From contig OU015566.1 of NCBI GenBank assembly GCA_907165135.1, positions 6,200,001-6,264,000 on the forward strand: a stretch of DNA of 64,000 nt. Direction: 5' to 3'. Position 1 is the stretch's first letter; the number at the start of each line of letters is the position of its first letter. Under the pieces are notes generated by a model. The model ran no database searches, was not told where the DNA came from, and saw nothing but the letters and a program-made list of their open reading frames with translations. This DNA comes from Oikopleura dioica (lineage: Eukaryota; Animalia; Chordata). The translations under genes were made by a program, and so were the position numbers. Below are positions 42,407 to 55,079 of this stretch, piece by piece.

Positions 42407-44849
42407 ATGATAGAAAAATCAATTTTGAAAACCAGAGTCAGGGTAGAGCCAGCTTCAATCTTTGTTTGAAATCTTACTTTTTTAAAGTGTTTCGACTGCG
42501 ACTGCATCGGTGTCTTGAGAAAAAAAGGGAAAAAGGTTTATTTATTCAGCGACGAAATTTTAGCAACTCGCAGTATTCATACTCAAGAAGCCGATTTGAA
42601 AAAGGAAAAATCATGGAAGAAGAAGATGACCGATCAACTGAGCTTTGCAAAGCACGGAAACTCAACGATGCGCCAAAAGATTGCTTATCTTGGAAGTGGC
42701 TCTCTTTTCTGGATATCGATCATGCTCCTCGGTAATTTTTCCTTTGATTTTTTGAAAAAAAAAATTTTTTTTTTCAGCAAATTTTATTTCATTAGAGAAT
42801 TCTCGAGGCGTTTTAACTTATTCGACTTCGACTTGTCATCGAAGCTACAAGAGCTGCGTCAAAACCGAATCAATGGATTTATGCGGACATCTGATGAAGA
42901 AGTGCTATGAAACGAAAATATTCCTCCAGCCCCCGAAAATTGTCAAAATCAAAGCCAAAGAACACAAAGTCCCTGAGTTCACCAAAGAAGACAACGAAGT
43001 CAATCTGCTCCGCTGCCAGAAGAAACAGTTTTACGACCAAAAAATCTGCCGACATCTCTGTTCTCAAACGCTTGTTTTGGAGTCGAAAAGGAACGGCCCG
43101 ATTTCGCCCTGTGAGTCGATTTGCTTCGGATTGACAAGATCGTCGGATGCCGCTGGAGAAGTTTGCCCAACGCAAAAATACTGCTCCCGAGGCTGTCCAT
43201 GTCCCTTTTACGAATGCGAAAAATTGGAGTCTCGTCAGAAATTGATTCCTCTTTTCGATGTCCAAAATTCAACACAAACATCAACCATTTACAAATCTGA
43301 CCGAGAAATAACGAATGGCGATGTTGAATCAATCACTGGCCGATGAGTGGTCGCCTCTCGCCCAGATCGCCTCTTGCCCAGATCGCCTCTCGCCCAAGAT
43401 CGCCTCCCGCCCAAGTTGGGCAAAAGGCGACCTGGGCGAGAGGCGATCTTGGGCGAGAGGCGATATGAGATTATTTTAAATGTAAAATATCAATGACTTG
43501 GGCGAGAGGCGATCTTCGGAAGGAGACGACCACTTCGAAATGACCCGATTTAGAATTCCCTGTCATGATATTTACCCGCTCAGCAGGTACCTTTAGCCGC
43601 TATAATGTTAGGCAGTCTATCTTTGGCAAGCTTGAAATGTTCATAGGGTGAGCTTGAACTGTGGAGAAAAGTTCGAACTTATGACATCACAGCACGCTAC
43701 TGAAGTTCCATAAGTACCAAACTTTGGACACTGCGCGTCGGTTAAAGTAGCAGGGGATGCGATACATGAAAATATTTCTTTCAAATGAGTTTATTTAAGG
43801 ATGGTTTAGGCTTAACGACGATAGGTACTTGCTGAGCGGGTGCAAGTCATGATAGGGAAGTCTAAATGGAGTTATTTAAGAGTGTTCCAAGCCTTCTTCC
43901 TTAGATCGCCTCTCGCCCAACTTGAATTAGTCCTTCTTAGTTTACATTGAAAATAATCTCATATCGCCTCTCGCCCAAGATCGCCTCCCGCCCAAGTTGG
44001 GCAAGAGGCGATCTGGGCAGGAGGCGACTTGGGCGAGAGGCGATCTGGGCGAGAAGCGACCACTCCTGGCCGATGGGAGAAAAGAAAGACGAAAAACCAA
44101 AAGTTTCCAATAATTCTGTCTGATTTTAGTGGTCTTGGCGATCTAGTGATAACAAATGCTTCATCATTTTTATTTTCTTACGAACGGTTTTCTTAAGATA
44201 CAGTAATTAACAGTTAGTACTTACACTTTTTATGGAATTTTTGGACATTTTTGAGCAAATCATGGGACAAAAAATGTCCAAAAATTCCATAATTAATTGT
44301 AAATAACATACCCTGATCGAAAATTAACAAACCTGGAAAGTCGACGGGTTCCACTTTTCTCAACGGCGAGCATTACCTTGTCGATGCGATTGGAAACATG
44401 ATGAGAATGCCCGAAGATGGTGATGCCCCGGTTTTTGTATCGAATCGAATCAATAGTAGAGGAATGTAAGTTGCTGTCTTCGAGTCAGATTCTTCCTTTC
44501 CTCCTTTAAGGGGTTTCTTTGTTTTCCACTTTTGCTCTTCAATAGGAACTCATCAAATTGAAATCCGCCGCAAAGAGAAAGGCACGAAGATATTTTCTGT
44601 GGTTGTTATCTGGCAAAGGTCAAGAAAATTCTAGTTTATTTTTTTTCGAATAAGTTCTTGAGCCCTAAAACCTCACCGACACAAAGGGATGAGAAGTGCT
44701 ACTACTACGCGCCAGAATACAACTTGAATCGCTTCGAGGAGGCCCAAGGCGTCATTGCCAGTAAGCACTTCAACGCGAAAGTCTCGTCAGTAAGCTTCAA
44801 AGGGGTCTTCCCTCTGATGAGCGCTCTGTTGATTGCGAACACGTTCTAA
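42407..44849 (+). pseudogene. Gene X copy 2, MULE-disrupted and 3'-truncated
   Basis: Exons match 50706 onward; 721-bp insertion within the ITGRW codons; homology ends at 44824. Confidence 0.8.
43345..44065. mobile_element. MULE-like non-autonomous element in a coding exon
   Basis: 9-bp TSD CTGGCCGAT (43336-43344, 44066-44074); TIR GAGTGGTCGC(C/T)TCTCGCCCAGATCGCCTC with tandem subrepeats. Confidence 0.92.
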
Positions 44850-44950
44850 GGAAAAACTCGTTTGTAAGCGTGAGCTGGAATTTGAAGTCTAATTGACAAG
44901 AAAGACTGATAGTCTTGGGAGTCGAGGAATTTAATATTTGATAAAGAGAG

Positions 44951-46790
44951 TTAGACGTAGCAGAAATCGTTGGAGCAGAATTCAGAGCATTGATCTGGAT
45001 CGGATTCGAAAGTTATTGGCCGGATGCAGAAAGATTCGTGCGAGAAAAGGGTTTGAGATGAGGTCACGTGAGTGCCATTCCATTCAGCGCGCTCAACTTG
45101 ATTGTCATTACTGAATTTTATAAGAAGGAATTCTTTTATCATGTTGATATACCTGTCACCATCAAAAGCAATAAAATAATCATTGAACATCATCATCGAT
45201 CCTTTGTAGAAATTCTAAAAATACGCAACTCGGAAATTTGTGAAACTTACGTTTTTCAGTTCGCCAACAGATGTCCATTTTCCATTCTTGAATAAATAAA
45301 CTGTCTTCGTATAGCTGTAATTATAGCCGCCAATAGTAAGAACTCCACCATCGATTGAAGCGCAAGAAAGTCCAAAAAGTCTTCCTTCTGGATGCTCCGC
45401 TTCTGATTGCCAGCCGCTTAAAATATTGTTATTTGTTAGTTTTTCTTATCGATCTTACCTGACGCTGAGAACTTCCACTCCATTTGTGTAACCAGCAATA
45501 ATGATGGCCTTGAAATTGTAAAGCGCCATACAGCTAGATTGATGCATTTCTTTCATCTCGCTGATGGCCAGGGAAGTCGTTCCGTCGAAGCTTTCGCAGG
45601 ACTTTGCACTAAATCCGTCGCACAAAATCGTTTCCTCGTGGACCTCGGGAACCGTTACAAGAGCACCATCGTTAGAATAGAAGTCGTTGATCAGTCGTTT
45701 CCCAGTGTCGCGCAGATTGCAGCCGTCGACTCGCCCGATCTTAATTTCGTTTATTTCAATGAAAAAAAGCCATAAACATACCTTTTTCAAGTCTTGATTT
45801 CCGCCATAAATCATCATCTGGCCATTAAGAAGAGCATGACCAGCGTTTTGAAGAAACGGAGTGCTTCCTTATCAAGCTTACTCAAAATAAATCAGAAAAT
45901 ATTTACAGTGGTTTTCCAAAATAAGAGGACCCGAAATAAGAGGACTTTTGCAAAAATTTGGCTTATTTTGTCATCTGAAAAAAATCCAAAATAAGAGGAC
46001 TTTTTCACTATTATTACTCTAAACAAGGAATAATTCAGACTCACAGCGAACCAATTACTTAAATGTTTGTGATCTTTGAATTCGCGTGTTTATAGACGGG
46101 TTTTCGGGGACTCAAAGTCGATTGCTTTTTAGAGTTGGCTATACTTCTTTTCCTTAACCCCTTTTCTTCATCCAAAAAGTCCTCTTATTTCGAAAAACCA
46201 CTGTATCATAAAGAAGGTCAAAAGTAAAAGCCATGCCTTGAGGACTGTTGTAGAATCGATTTTCCTTGTAATGCCCATCAGCAGAGATAACATATCCAAA
46301 GTGTTTCAGATTGTACGAGGTCCTGTACTGGCAAATAAGAGTGATAAACGGCTGGCATTTGTATCCATCATCACATGGGCAGCCGAGCTCGCACTTCGCA
46401 TTACAGGGGCATTTCTCGCTGCTTTCCGCAAAGGTCGCGTAGCAACCATCGTAGCATGTTTGACTTGCGGTGCAGCTCTTCACGCATCCGGTGAACTCCG
46501 TCGTGACCTCATCAATGCACTGTTTGTACAGGCTGTTATTCTCCTGGGGCGAAACGCAAGTACAGATGGAGTTCGCGCAGTCAACACAACCAAGTGGACA
46601 ATCGGAGAAACACGGGCACGCATGAAAGCACCCTATGAACTCATTAGATCATAAATAGATGACTTTTTCGTACGAGTATAAGTTGATGAACATTCTCTCT
46701 CGCATCCGCTAGATTCGCAAGAATCCTTGCAAGTGACGTAGTCTTTATAACAATAAGTTTCACATTTGAGCGCCAATTCCTCATCCCTTA
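44951..46790 (-). CDS. Cys-rich (CPC-C-GC repeats) plus kelch-like repeat protein (gene Y); 5' end not located
   Basis: CFHACPCFSDCPLGC, CPCNAKCELGCPC, MMIYGG, GRVDGC, SCESFDG, LTIGG, end CSNDFCYV*; one GC donor near 46230. Confidence 0.7.
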
Positions 46791-46861
46791 TTTTAATTTA
46801 ATTTAGGATTCTTAAAAAATTAATGATTCGATTAAACGAAGCCTTTTTCAATAAAATCTGA

Positions 46862-47270
46862 TACCGTCGTTTTCCATCTTAAGAGCGTTTTTCAGATGAC
46901 AAGGGTAGACCAAAACGCTCTTAAGTTGGAAAATTTACGATCAAACTAGGATGACAGTGGGAAAAAATGATGAATGAAAATGCATAATATGAATTTTTTC
47001 CAAAACTCTAAAAATGCATCTGAGGTCATTTTTACCTATTTATGATAAAAAAATTACGATCTTTGAATCAGAGGCTATGATTTCACCTGAAACAAGCGTA
47101 GAAAACAATTTTTTCAATGATTTTTCAGGTTGAAATAAACGTTATTCTAATTATTAATTAAAAATTCCAAAAAGCGCTCTAAAATTGGGATTTTTTCAGA
47201 TAACAAAATTTGGAAAATATTGGCAAAAACGCTCTTAAGTTGGGCGCTCTTAAGATGGAAAACCACGGTA
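46862..47270. mobile_element. Tc1/mariner-type MITE
   Basis: TACCGTCGTTTCCATCTTAAGAGCG ... CGCTCTTAAGATGGAAAACCACGGTA. Confidence 0.75.
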
Positions 47271-47330
47271 TAAAATGTTGCTTACGGGCAATTAGCGCGG
47301 GGTGTGGGTCGCAAAGCTTCAAGAGCAGGA

Positions 47331-47805
47331 ATGAGCAAAATCCATACGAAATACATCTCTAACGATCTGTGAGAATACCGCACTTGTCGGCTTATTTAAG
47401 TCGCGATATTTGCTTTCGGTTAATTTTATTGAATGAAAACACTTCTTTTTCCTCCGTGAAAACGCTTACATTAGATCAAGAAATACAAGGTCAGAAAGGA
47501 ATTTTTTATTACTGTATCAAAGACAGGCAAGTGTTTTTATTGAATAGCCATTGGGTTGACCATTGGGGTTTGTCTTCGATTCGGCCTCCGTGGATGGTGA
47601 TGTCCCGTCATGCAGGGAAGAGCATGCGATGCACATTTCGATGGGCCACTGGAGTCGACCTGCTGTTCCGGAAATGATGAACCATGCTCATCACAAAATG
47701 GAAGAAGACGAGAGTGATCATGATGAGATGCATAGAGGAAATCATGAATCTATAGGCCATGAAGATCATCTCAGAATGATGCATGAAATGAATGATCATT
47801 CTTGA
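47331..47805 (+). CDS. Small His/Met-rich protein (~75 aa), two-exon model
   Basis: ATG exon 47331-47368 (phase 2, GTGAG) joins in frame to the TGCAG| acceptor at 47615; 13 His and 9 Met in the last 62 aa. Confidence 0.45.
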
Positions 47806-48137
47806 CATTATTAGACATGTTAAATTATTTAATTTCTAATACTGTATCTTAATTTTAGCGGAATCAAAGACATTTAAAAAGGGTCACCGAAAAACCTTCG
47901 ATGAAAATGTTCCTTCTCTTTAATTTTTTGATTTTCTTCGCATTTGCAGGCGATCCAAACAAGCAGCTAGCATTTTCATATCTGAAATATTTGAACGATA
48001 GTTTTGAGAGTCCACTTTGCGCCATTCTACCGGGTAAGACATTTTAGTTTCCGATGAAAATTGAGCTTAGAAGAATGGAAAAACTCCTCGACAAATTGTA
48101 AGAACATCGAAAAACGCGCAATTGGGCAAAAACAAAA

Positions 48138-51100
48138 CTCCATTGACCAACTCTATCACTGCTAGTCTTTAAAAGTATACAATAAGCCCTGGTCTCAGAC
48201 CAGGAATTCGTCTCAAAAGTGACGCCCGGGCCAAATACCAAGTATTCCTCAAAAAACGACCGAACCCTCAACCTAACCCTAACTTTGTTGATTCAAATCT
48301 AAGTTAACCTCACTAGCCTATCCCTCTAGGCTGAGTTTGTTTTCTCATTTTGCCCAGTGCCCCTAACTTTTACCTCAAAATAGGAAGTACTTTCAGCTAG
48401 AATCAATTCTCATCAGCAAAAGTCCTTTTGCCAGCAGATAGAGGCTGCTTCTTGATTTTCGGAGCCTGGCGTCACTTTTGGAAGACCCGGGCTAATTCCA
48501 TCCGGTCACCAAATTTCCTCTGAGTCCGACAACTTCCTTTAACCTGCAGAAACTTGAAGGATTACTTGTTTTCAACTGCAAGTACTTTATTAATTGAGAG
48601 CCGCACTTTGCGGATGCATCTGTCCGCCTAATAGCACATCTAGTTCGGCGTCCTGTTTATATCAAACCACAGGCAACTGCTATAAAATCCGCGGTTGTTC
48701 ATCCACAAGATCACTTTCATCCGCTCAAAAGAAATTGACTTTCAATTTTGAGTTGAAATAGAAATGAAGTTTTCCAATTTTATTCTCGCCACCAATGTTG
48801 CCGCCAAGTACGGGGAGAAGTTTCAAAATTTAGCAGCGCCAGTTCAAGCGCAGCGGGCAGCAACCTGTTCGGATAAGCTAAAAGAGGCGAGAGACAAGAA
48901 AGAGTTTCAATTTTATTTATTTTCAATTGATCTGAACGAGGATCAAAAAGGCTGGATCAAACAAATTATAATTCTGATTCAAGCTTACCATTGAGAATGG
49001 AAATTGGGAATGTCCTAACATCGATGAAGTAAAACATCATCTCCGGTGCTTCCCTAAATGCGACAGTGGGTTTGAACCAACATGGTCTGTCAAGCCTGGT
49101 AGAAAACAACCAAAGCTCAACGCAAAGTGCTTCAAGTTCCCAAAAATCATCAAAAAGTAAGATTCAGCGACCATTTGAACAGCGTTTATCTTTTTTAAGA
49201 AATATTGAAAAGGGAACGTCCCTCTCCTGCGTTCCTAGAACACCTCATCCGTGTGAAGACAAAGCTGGCTTCATGGAGATTCTGGATGGGTCTCTCGTTT
49301 TGACGGAAAAAATCAACTCAAAGAGAGCGAAATTCAACCTTGTCTGCGATGATGGAACAGTGCAAGGTGAAGTCGTCTGTGTCAACAGGAAGAACCAGGT
49401 CTATTTCCAAAAGCCGCAATGGAGCAATCAGATCACTTGGCAAGACTCCTGGAAAGATATTTGCAGAGAGTTCGCTCCATTGACCAACTCGACGACTGCT
49501 GATCTTCAAACTTGCTCTGAAGCCGACAACTTCCCAGAACTTGCATCTGTTGAAGAAAGAATCATCGGTGGAGTGCCAGTCGAGGAGAACGAGTGGCCTT
49601 GGATCACCCATTTGACATTTGACTTGAACGATGGCGGGGAGAAACTTTGCGGAGGAAGCGTCATTGCCAATAGATGGGTCATCAGCGCCGCTCATTGTTG
49701 CCTTGACGTGCAGAAGATCGTCGGGCGCTTCGGAGATCTGAATGCGACGGAATTTGACAGCAACGAATATGAGCTCGAAGCCAGCGCCTGGTTCAATGAT
49801 CCCGAGTACGACCGCCATGCTGATGACAAAAACAACGATCTCTGCCTCATCAAATTCAACGAAGACATCATTGCCAGTGACCCAGAGAGCAAAGTTCAGC
49901 CCGTTTGTCTTCCAAAAGAAGTTCATGAACACGGCGCCGCTTGCTGGGTCGCTGGGTGGGGATCGTTTGAATATATGGGCGGTCCCCAAAACCCGGATCT
50001 GCACTCAGTCGGTGTGAATGTCTTTAGTGCAGAATATTGCCTTGCGAATTCCCTGATTTCCCTCGCGGCTGACGACATCTGCGCCTACAAACCAGATCTA
50101 AACGGAGACGGACTGCTTGATAGTGGCGCTTCCTTTTGCGACGGGGATTCAGGCGGGCCTCTCATCTGCCCGACCGATGGAAAAGCAACTCTCGTCGGGG
50201 TTGTTTCTACAGGAATCGAATGCACCTGGGAAGGATATCCTAATAAGTACACTTCGACTTTCGTCACTTCTAATTGGATCCAAGAGACTGTAGCTGCCGA
50301 GGGACTCTAACTTCTGCGCTAATGAAGATTCGTTATATCTGCATCAAATAATTATAACTGCTTCCCTCTGCTATGAATAAATAAAAAGATCCATCAGAGC
50401 TTGATGATTTGTAACATACACAAAGCAACAGTCATTTGAATTAATCGCGTAGTCTCAAAAGCAAAAAAAAATTTAAAATTTTTTTGAGTGAAAATTCAAT
50501 TTTAATAAAATTCGCTTTCATTGCTATCAGGAAAGTTGAACTCGGCTGAAATAACATTTAGGAATGAGCTTGAACCGCGAAGAACCTGCTTACTTGGGAG
50601 TGTCAACATGTCAGAGCGAGAACGGCGGCTTCAAGGTTTTGTTCCGTTTCGAACTCATAAACGCGCTCTCTTCTTTCGGCATTCGTTATTGAAGTTGAAA
50701 ACGCGATGATCGAAAAGTCGATTTTGAAAACCAGAGTCAGGGTAGAGCTAGCTTCAATCTTTCTTTGAAATCTTACTTTTTTAAAGTGTCTCGACTGCGA
50801 CTGCATCGGCGTCTTGAGACAAAAAGGGAAAAAGGTTTATTTATTCAGCGACGAGATTTTAGCAACGAGAAGCATTCATACTCAAGAAGCCGATTTGAAA
50901 AAGGAAAAATCATGGAAAAAGAAGATGACCGATCAATTGAGCTTTGCAAAGCACGGAAACTCAACGATGCGCCAAAAGATTGCTTATCTTGGAAGTGGCT
51001 CCCTTTTTTGGATATCGATCATGCTTCTCGGTAATTTTTTTTGATTTTTTTTGAAAAAAAAAATAATTTTTCAGCAAATTTCATTTCATTGGAAAATTCT

Positions 51101-52295
51101 CGAGGCGTGACGACCTACTTGACTTCGACTTGTCATCGAAGCTACAAGAACTGCGTAAAAACCGAAGCGATGGATTTATGCGGACATTTGATGAAGAAAT
51201 GCTATGAAACGAAAATATTCTTCCAGCCCCAGAAAATTGTCAAAATCAACGCCAAAGAACACAAAGTCGCTGAGTTCAGCAAAGAAGACAACGAAGTCAA
51301 TCTCCTCCGCTGCCAGAAGAAACAGTTTTACGATCAAAAAATCTGCCGACATCTCTGTTCTCAGACGCTTGTTTTGCAATCGAAAAGGAACAGCCCGATT
51401 TCGCCCTGTCAGTCGATTTGCTTCGAATTGACTAGATCGTCGGATGCCGCTGGTGAAGTCTGCCCGACGCAAAAATACTGCTCTAGGGGCTGTCCCTGTC
51501 CTTTTTACGAATGTGAAAAGTTGGAGTCTCGTCAGAAATTGATTCCTCTTTTCGATATCCAGAATTCAACACAAACATCAACCATTACCAAAATTGCTCA
51601 AGAAATAACAAATGGCGATGTAGAATCAATAACTGGCAGATGGCGCAATAGAAAGATGGAAAACCAAAAATTCCCGATAGTTCTTTCTGATTTTAGTGGA
51701 CTTGGCGATCAACAAATAACAAATGCTTCATCATATTTGTTTTCTTACGAACGGTTTTCTTGAAATAATTAATTAACATAACCTGATCGAAAATTCATAA
51801 ACCTGTGAAAGTCGACGGGTTCGACTTTTCTCAACGGCGAGCATTACCTCGTCGATGCGATTGGAAACATGATGAAAATGACCGAAGATGGTGATGCTCC
51901 GGTTTTTGTTCCGAATCAAATCAACAGTAGAGGAATGTAAGTTGTTGTTCTTGAGTCAGATTCTACCTTTCCCCCTTTTAGAGGTTTCTTTGTCTTCCAC
52001 TTTGGCTCTTCAATAGGAACCCATCAAATTGAAATCCGCCGCAAAGAGAAAGGCACGAAGATATTTCCTGTGGTGGTTATCTGGAAGAGGTCAAGAACAT
52101 TCTAATTAATCTCTTTTTGGAGGACTTCTTGACCCCTAAAAGCTCGCCGACACAAAGGGATGAGAAGTGCTACTACTACGCGCCAGAATACAACTTGAAT
52201 CGCTTCGAGGAGGCCCAAGGCTTCATTGCCAGCAAGCACTTCAACGCGAAAGTTTCTTCCATTAGCTTCAAAGGGGTCTACTCTCTGATGAGCGC
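48138..52295 (+). repeat. Segmental duplication unit 2 (protease P3 + 5' part of gene X copy 3)
   Basis: Colinear with 38869-44824. Confidence 0.9.
48764..50310 (+). CDS. Secreted S1 serine protease P3
   Basis: VEER|IIGG, intact triad; first intron 48902-48983 is GA-AG. Confidence 0.92.
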
Positions 52296-54603
52296 CCAGA
52301 TGAGTCAAAATTGGGTGAAGCTCTCCACTACTATCGCTTTACACAAGATCAGAAAAAGCGAAGAAGCAGAAAAAGGCTGGAAAAAAGACGAGATCGCTCT
52401 TCCAGCTCAATTCAGAGATTTGAATCCGGTGCATGTGATTCCATTGATCGATGTTGGCAGACTGATGCTGGTCCTTGTGACCAGGAGCATCGAGCTCTCC
52501 AACACCCTCTATTCTCTTCTGCTTGAAGCGGAAGGAAAGTATCTTACTCTAGGCAGCGAGTGGATTGGTTCTCTTGTCAAATACGAAGAGAGATCAATCT
52601 GCTTTTCGAAGATATTTTCTCAATACGACCCTTACTACACCGATCACAGTGGAATCAACAACGATGAATGCGAGTACTTTGGCAATGGAATCGCCAACAA
52701 CGAAAAGATTTTTATCCAAAATACCGTTTTTGATACTGTTTTCGAAATCGGCTTTGATTTCGCGAAAATTGATCTTCAATTCATCCAACTCAAAACTAGA
52801 AACAAAATGCACGTGACGAGCAACCCCAATTTCGCCTTCCATGACGACGTTTTCCCTGCTTTTGCCAAAAATGCAGCCTCTCAACGACAATTTCCTCGTC
52901 CAAGTTTTTACTACAAAACTATCATTCCGGATAGTAACTTTTCTTCCTTTGAAGAAATCAAGCATATTTCAACGATTGAGATGGAACTCAATGGAACAGA
53001 AAAATTCGAATTTGAAATCAATCTTCCCTCGAAATCACGCGTTTTTGACGAGAAAATTCTCGAATCTCAGTTTTTTGATGGAACCTCGCTTTTCAGCTTT
53101 GGAGTTTTTCGAAATAGCTCGATTTGGATCGATTCTAGTTATTTTGATGAACGTATAATTTTCCAAACAAAATTGGAAAAGGTTACAAAATTCGCGCTAT
53201 ATTTTCATTCAAATCACTCATCGGAATCGGCTTATTTTGAAGTTTTCCAGGAAACGTTTTTAAATAAAAAAAAATTAAAATTATCATTGCTTAAATTTTA
53301 ATACGCGCAAAGAATGACACAGAATTATCAACAAATCAAACGAAAATTGAATTGTTCGCATTTCAAAGTTTAGGGAGCAAAAAATTGTCCATTTTTAAAT
53401 ACGACCGCGGTACAAAAATCTCGAACTTTATTTATTCGCCGGACAAATCGACAAAGATCAACGCAATCTTACCGGCAAAAAAAGCGGGTCAAGAAAAACA
53501 TTCATCGGCTTACGCTCTCCTCGCTGGTGGAAAAATATATAAAAACGTCTTTTTCGAAGCTCCGAGTGAATTTTCTAGCCTTGGAAAATCTCTGTCTCAG
53601 TATCTTCGGGGGTCTAAGCAAGCGCTCGTCAATGGACAGCTCCATGTCTTTGGCGGAGAAAATAACGAAAGAGATAGCTTCAGAGTAATTTTTACTTTTA
53701 AAATCTTAATTAATACTTTCTGATAGATTGCGCGGCTAGACGGTTGTCAGTTTAACCAGTTATCTTTGTCGCTTTCTTCAAGATTTTTTCTTGGCCATTC
53801 GGCGACTTCATTTAACGACGGTAGACAAGGTAACTAGACTCCTGAGTTAGGTTTAGGGATAGCTGACCGTTAGGGGCAGCTCGAATTTTTGCCCCTACTA
53901 ACTATTCAGACTTCAAAAAAAAAATAATAGCCATTTAGCAATTGTTTGCTTTGACCCAAGAAGCGAGAAAAACTGCGAAATATTCGATGGATTTTCAGTC
54001 ACTGCAGCCCCGCCGACGAAAGGAAGACACTGGTTTGGAGGAATGAGCATTTACAACGGTCGGCCAACTGCAATCGGAGGGGACTTCGCAAAAGGACAGG
54101 TTGAAACTTTTACTGGTGGAGCTTGGGTTAAACTGACAAGACATCCGAGGTACGGGAATGGATGCAAAACTCGGGATGGACATGTTTTAGACCGATCACC
54201 GATTTTTGTGCGATCGGACTGCCTTCAGGAAGTCTTCTGACGATTGGAGGAAGAATGGAAACAGACTCGATTTGGGACCCTTTCGGCTATCAAGTGGCTG
54301 AAATTTGGATATTGAAGAACAACGAGTGGTCAGAACTCGGCTCCCTTACGACTGTAAGCGTGAATTCACCTCTGTGTCGTTAAAATATTTCAGCCCTCTT
54401 CTGCTTCTTCAGCGATTCTTTTCGACAACTCAATTTTTCATTTTCCAGGCTCTTCGGATGAAGGCAAACTTCCAATTCACAAGATCACCCTGGACCCAGA
54501 AGAAAGTTTGCTCTCGGTAAAAAAGATTGCAGAGCAAGAAAAGGAAACTTTCAATCCGATTGTTTTCGTGTCTCCCGTTGATTACTGTACTAAGTTGAAA
54601 TAA
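50706..54603 (+). CDS. Gene X copy 3, apparently full length
   Basis: MIEKSILKTRVR|CLDCDC.., TM segment, CPTQKYCSRGCPC, HVFGG, YNGRPTAIGG, LTIGG, end SPVDYCTKLK*; not every junction checked. Confidence 0.78.
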
Positions 54604-55079
54604 AAGACGAAACGGAAAAAAAACCTTGAACCCGTCGTTTTCGCTCTGTCATGTTGACGCTCCTAAGTAAGCAGGTTCAACGCCGTTCAAGCTCATTCTT
54701 AAATGTCATTGCAACTTTGATTTTTTACGAATATGTTTGGTTGCCATACAAAAATCTATATTCTCTTTATTTCCTTGAGATAAGAAAGTCTATTTTTTTC
54801 TTGAGATTGACCCACCATAATCAACGAAAAAGACCCAATGTATCGAAAACTCTTCAAAATTATCACTGGCAATAATCAATATTAAATCCCAAAACTCAAA
54901 TTACGGTCCGTTTATATTTTTCAATTATTGAATCATATTTATGCTGCAAATGTTATGTTAAGATAATGCATCAGCTTAACCGTAACACAGAGCATTTTTC
55001 TGAATGATGATTTATTCGAAGAAATAATTCTCAGACAATCAAAGAAAAAACCAGAAATTGTTTTCAAATGGCTGACATG

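Larger units (their letters stand above)
38869..44824 (+). repeat. Segmental duplication unit 1 (protease P2 + truncated gene X copy 2)
   Basis: Colinear with 48138-52295 across intergenic, intron and coding sequence. Confidence 0.9.
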
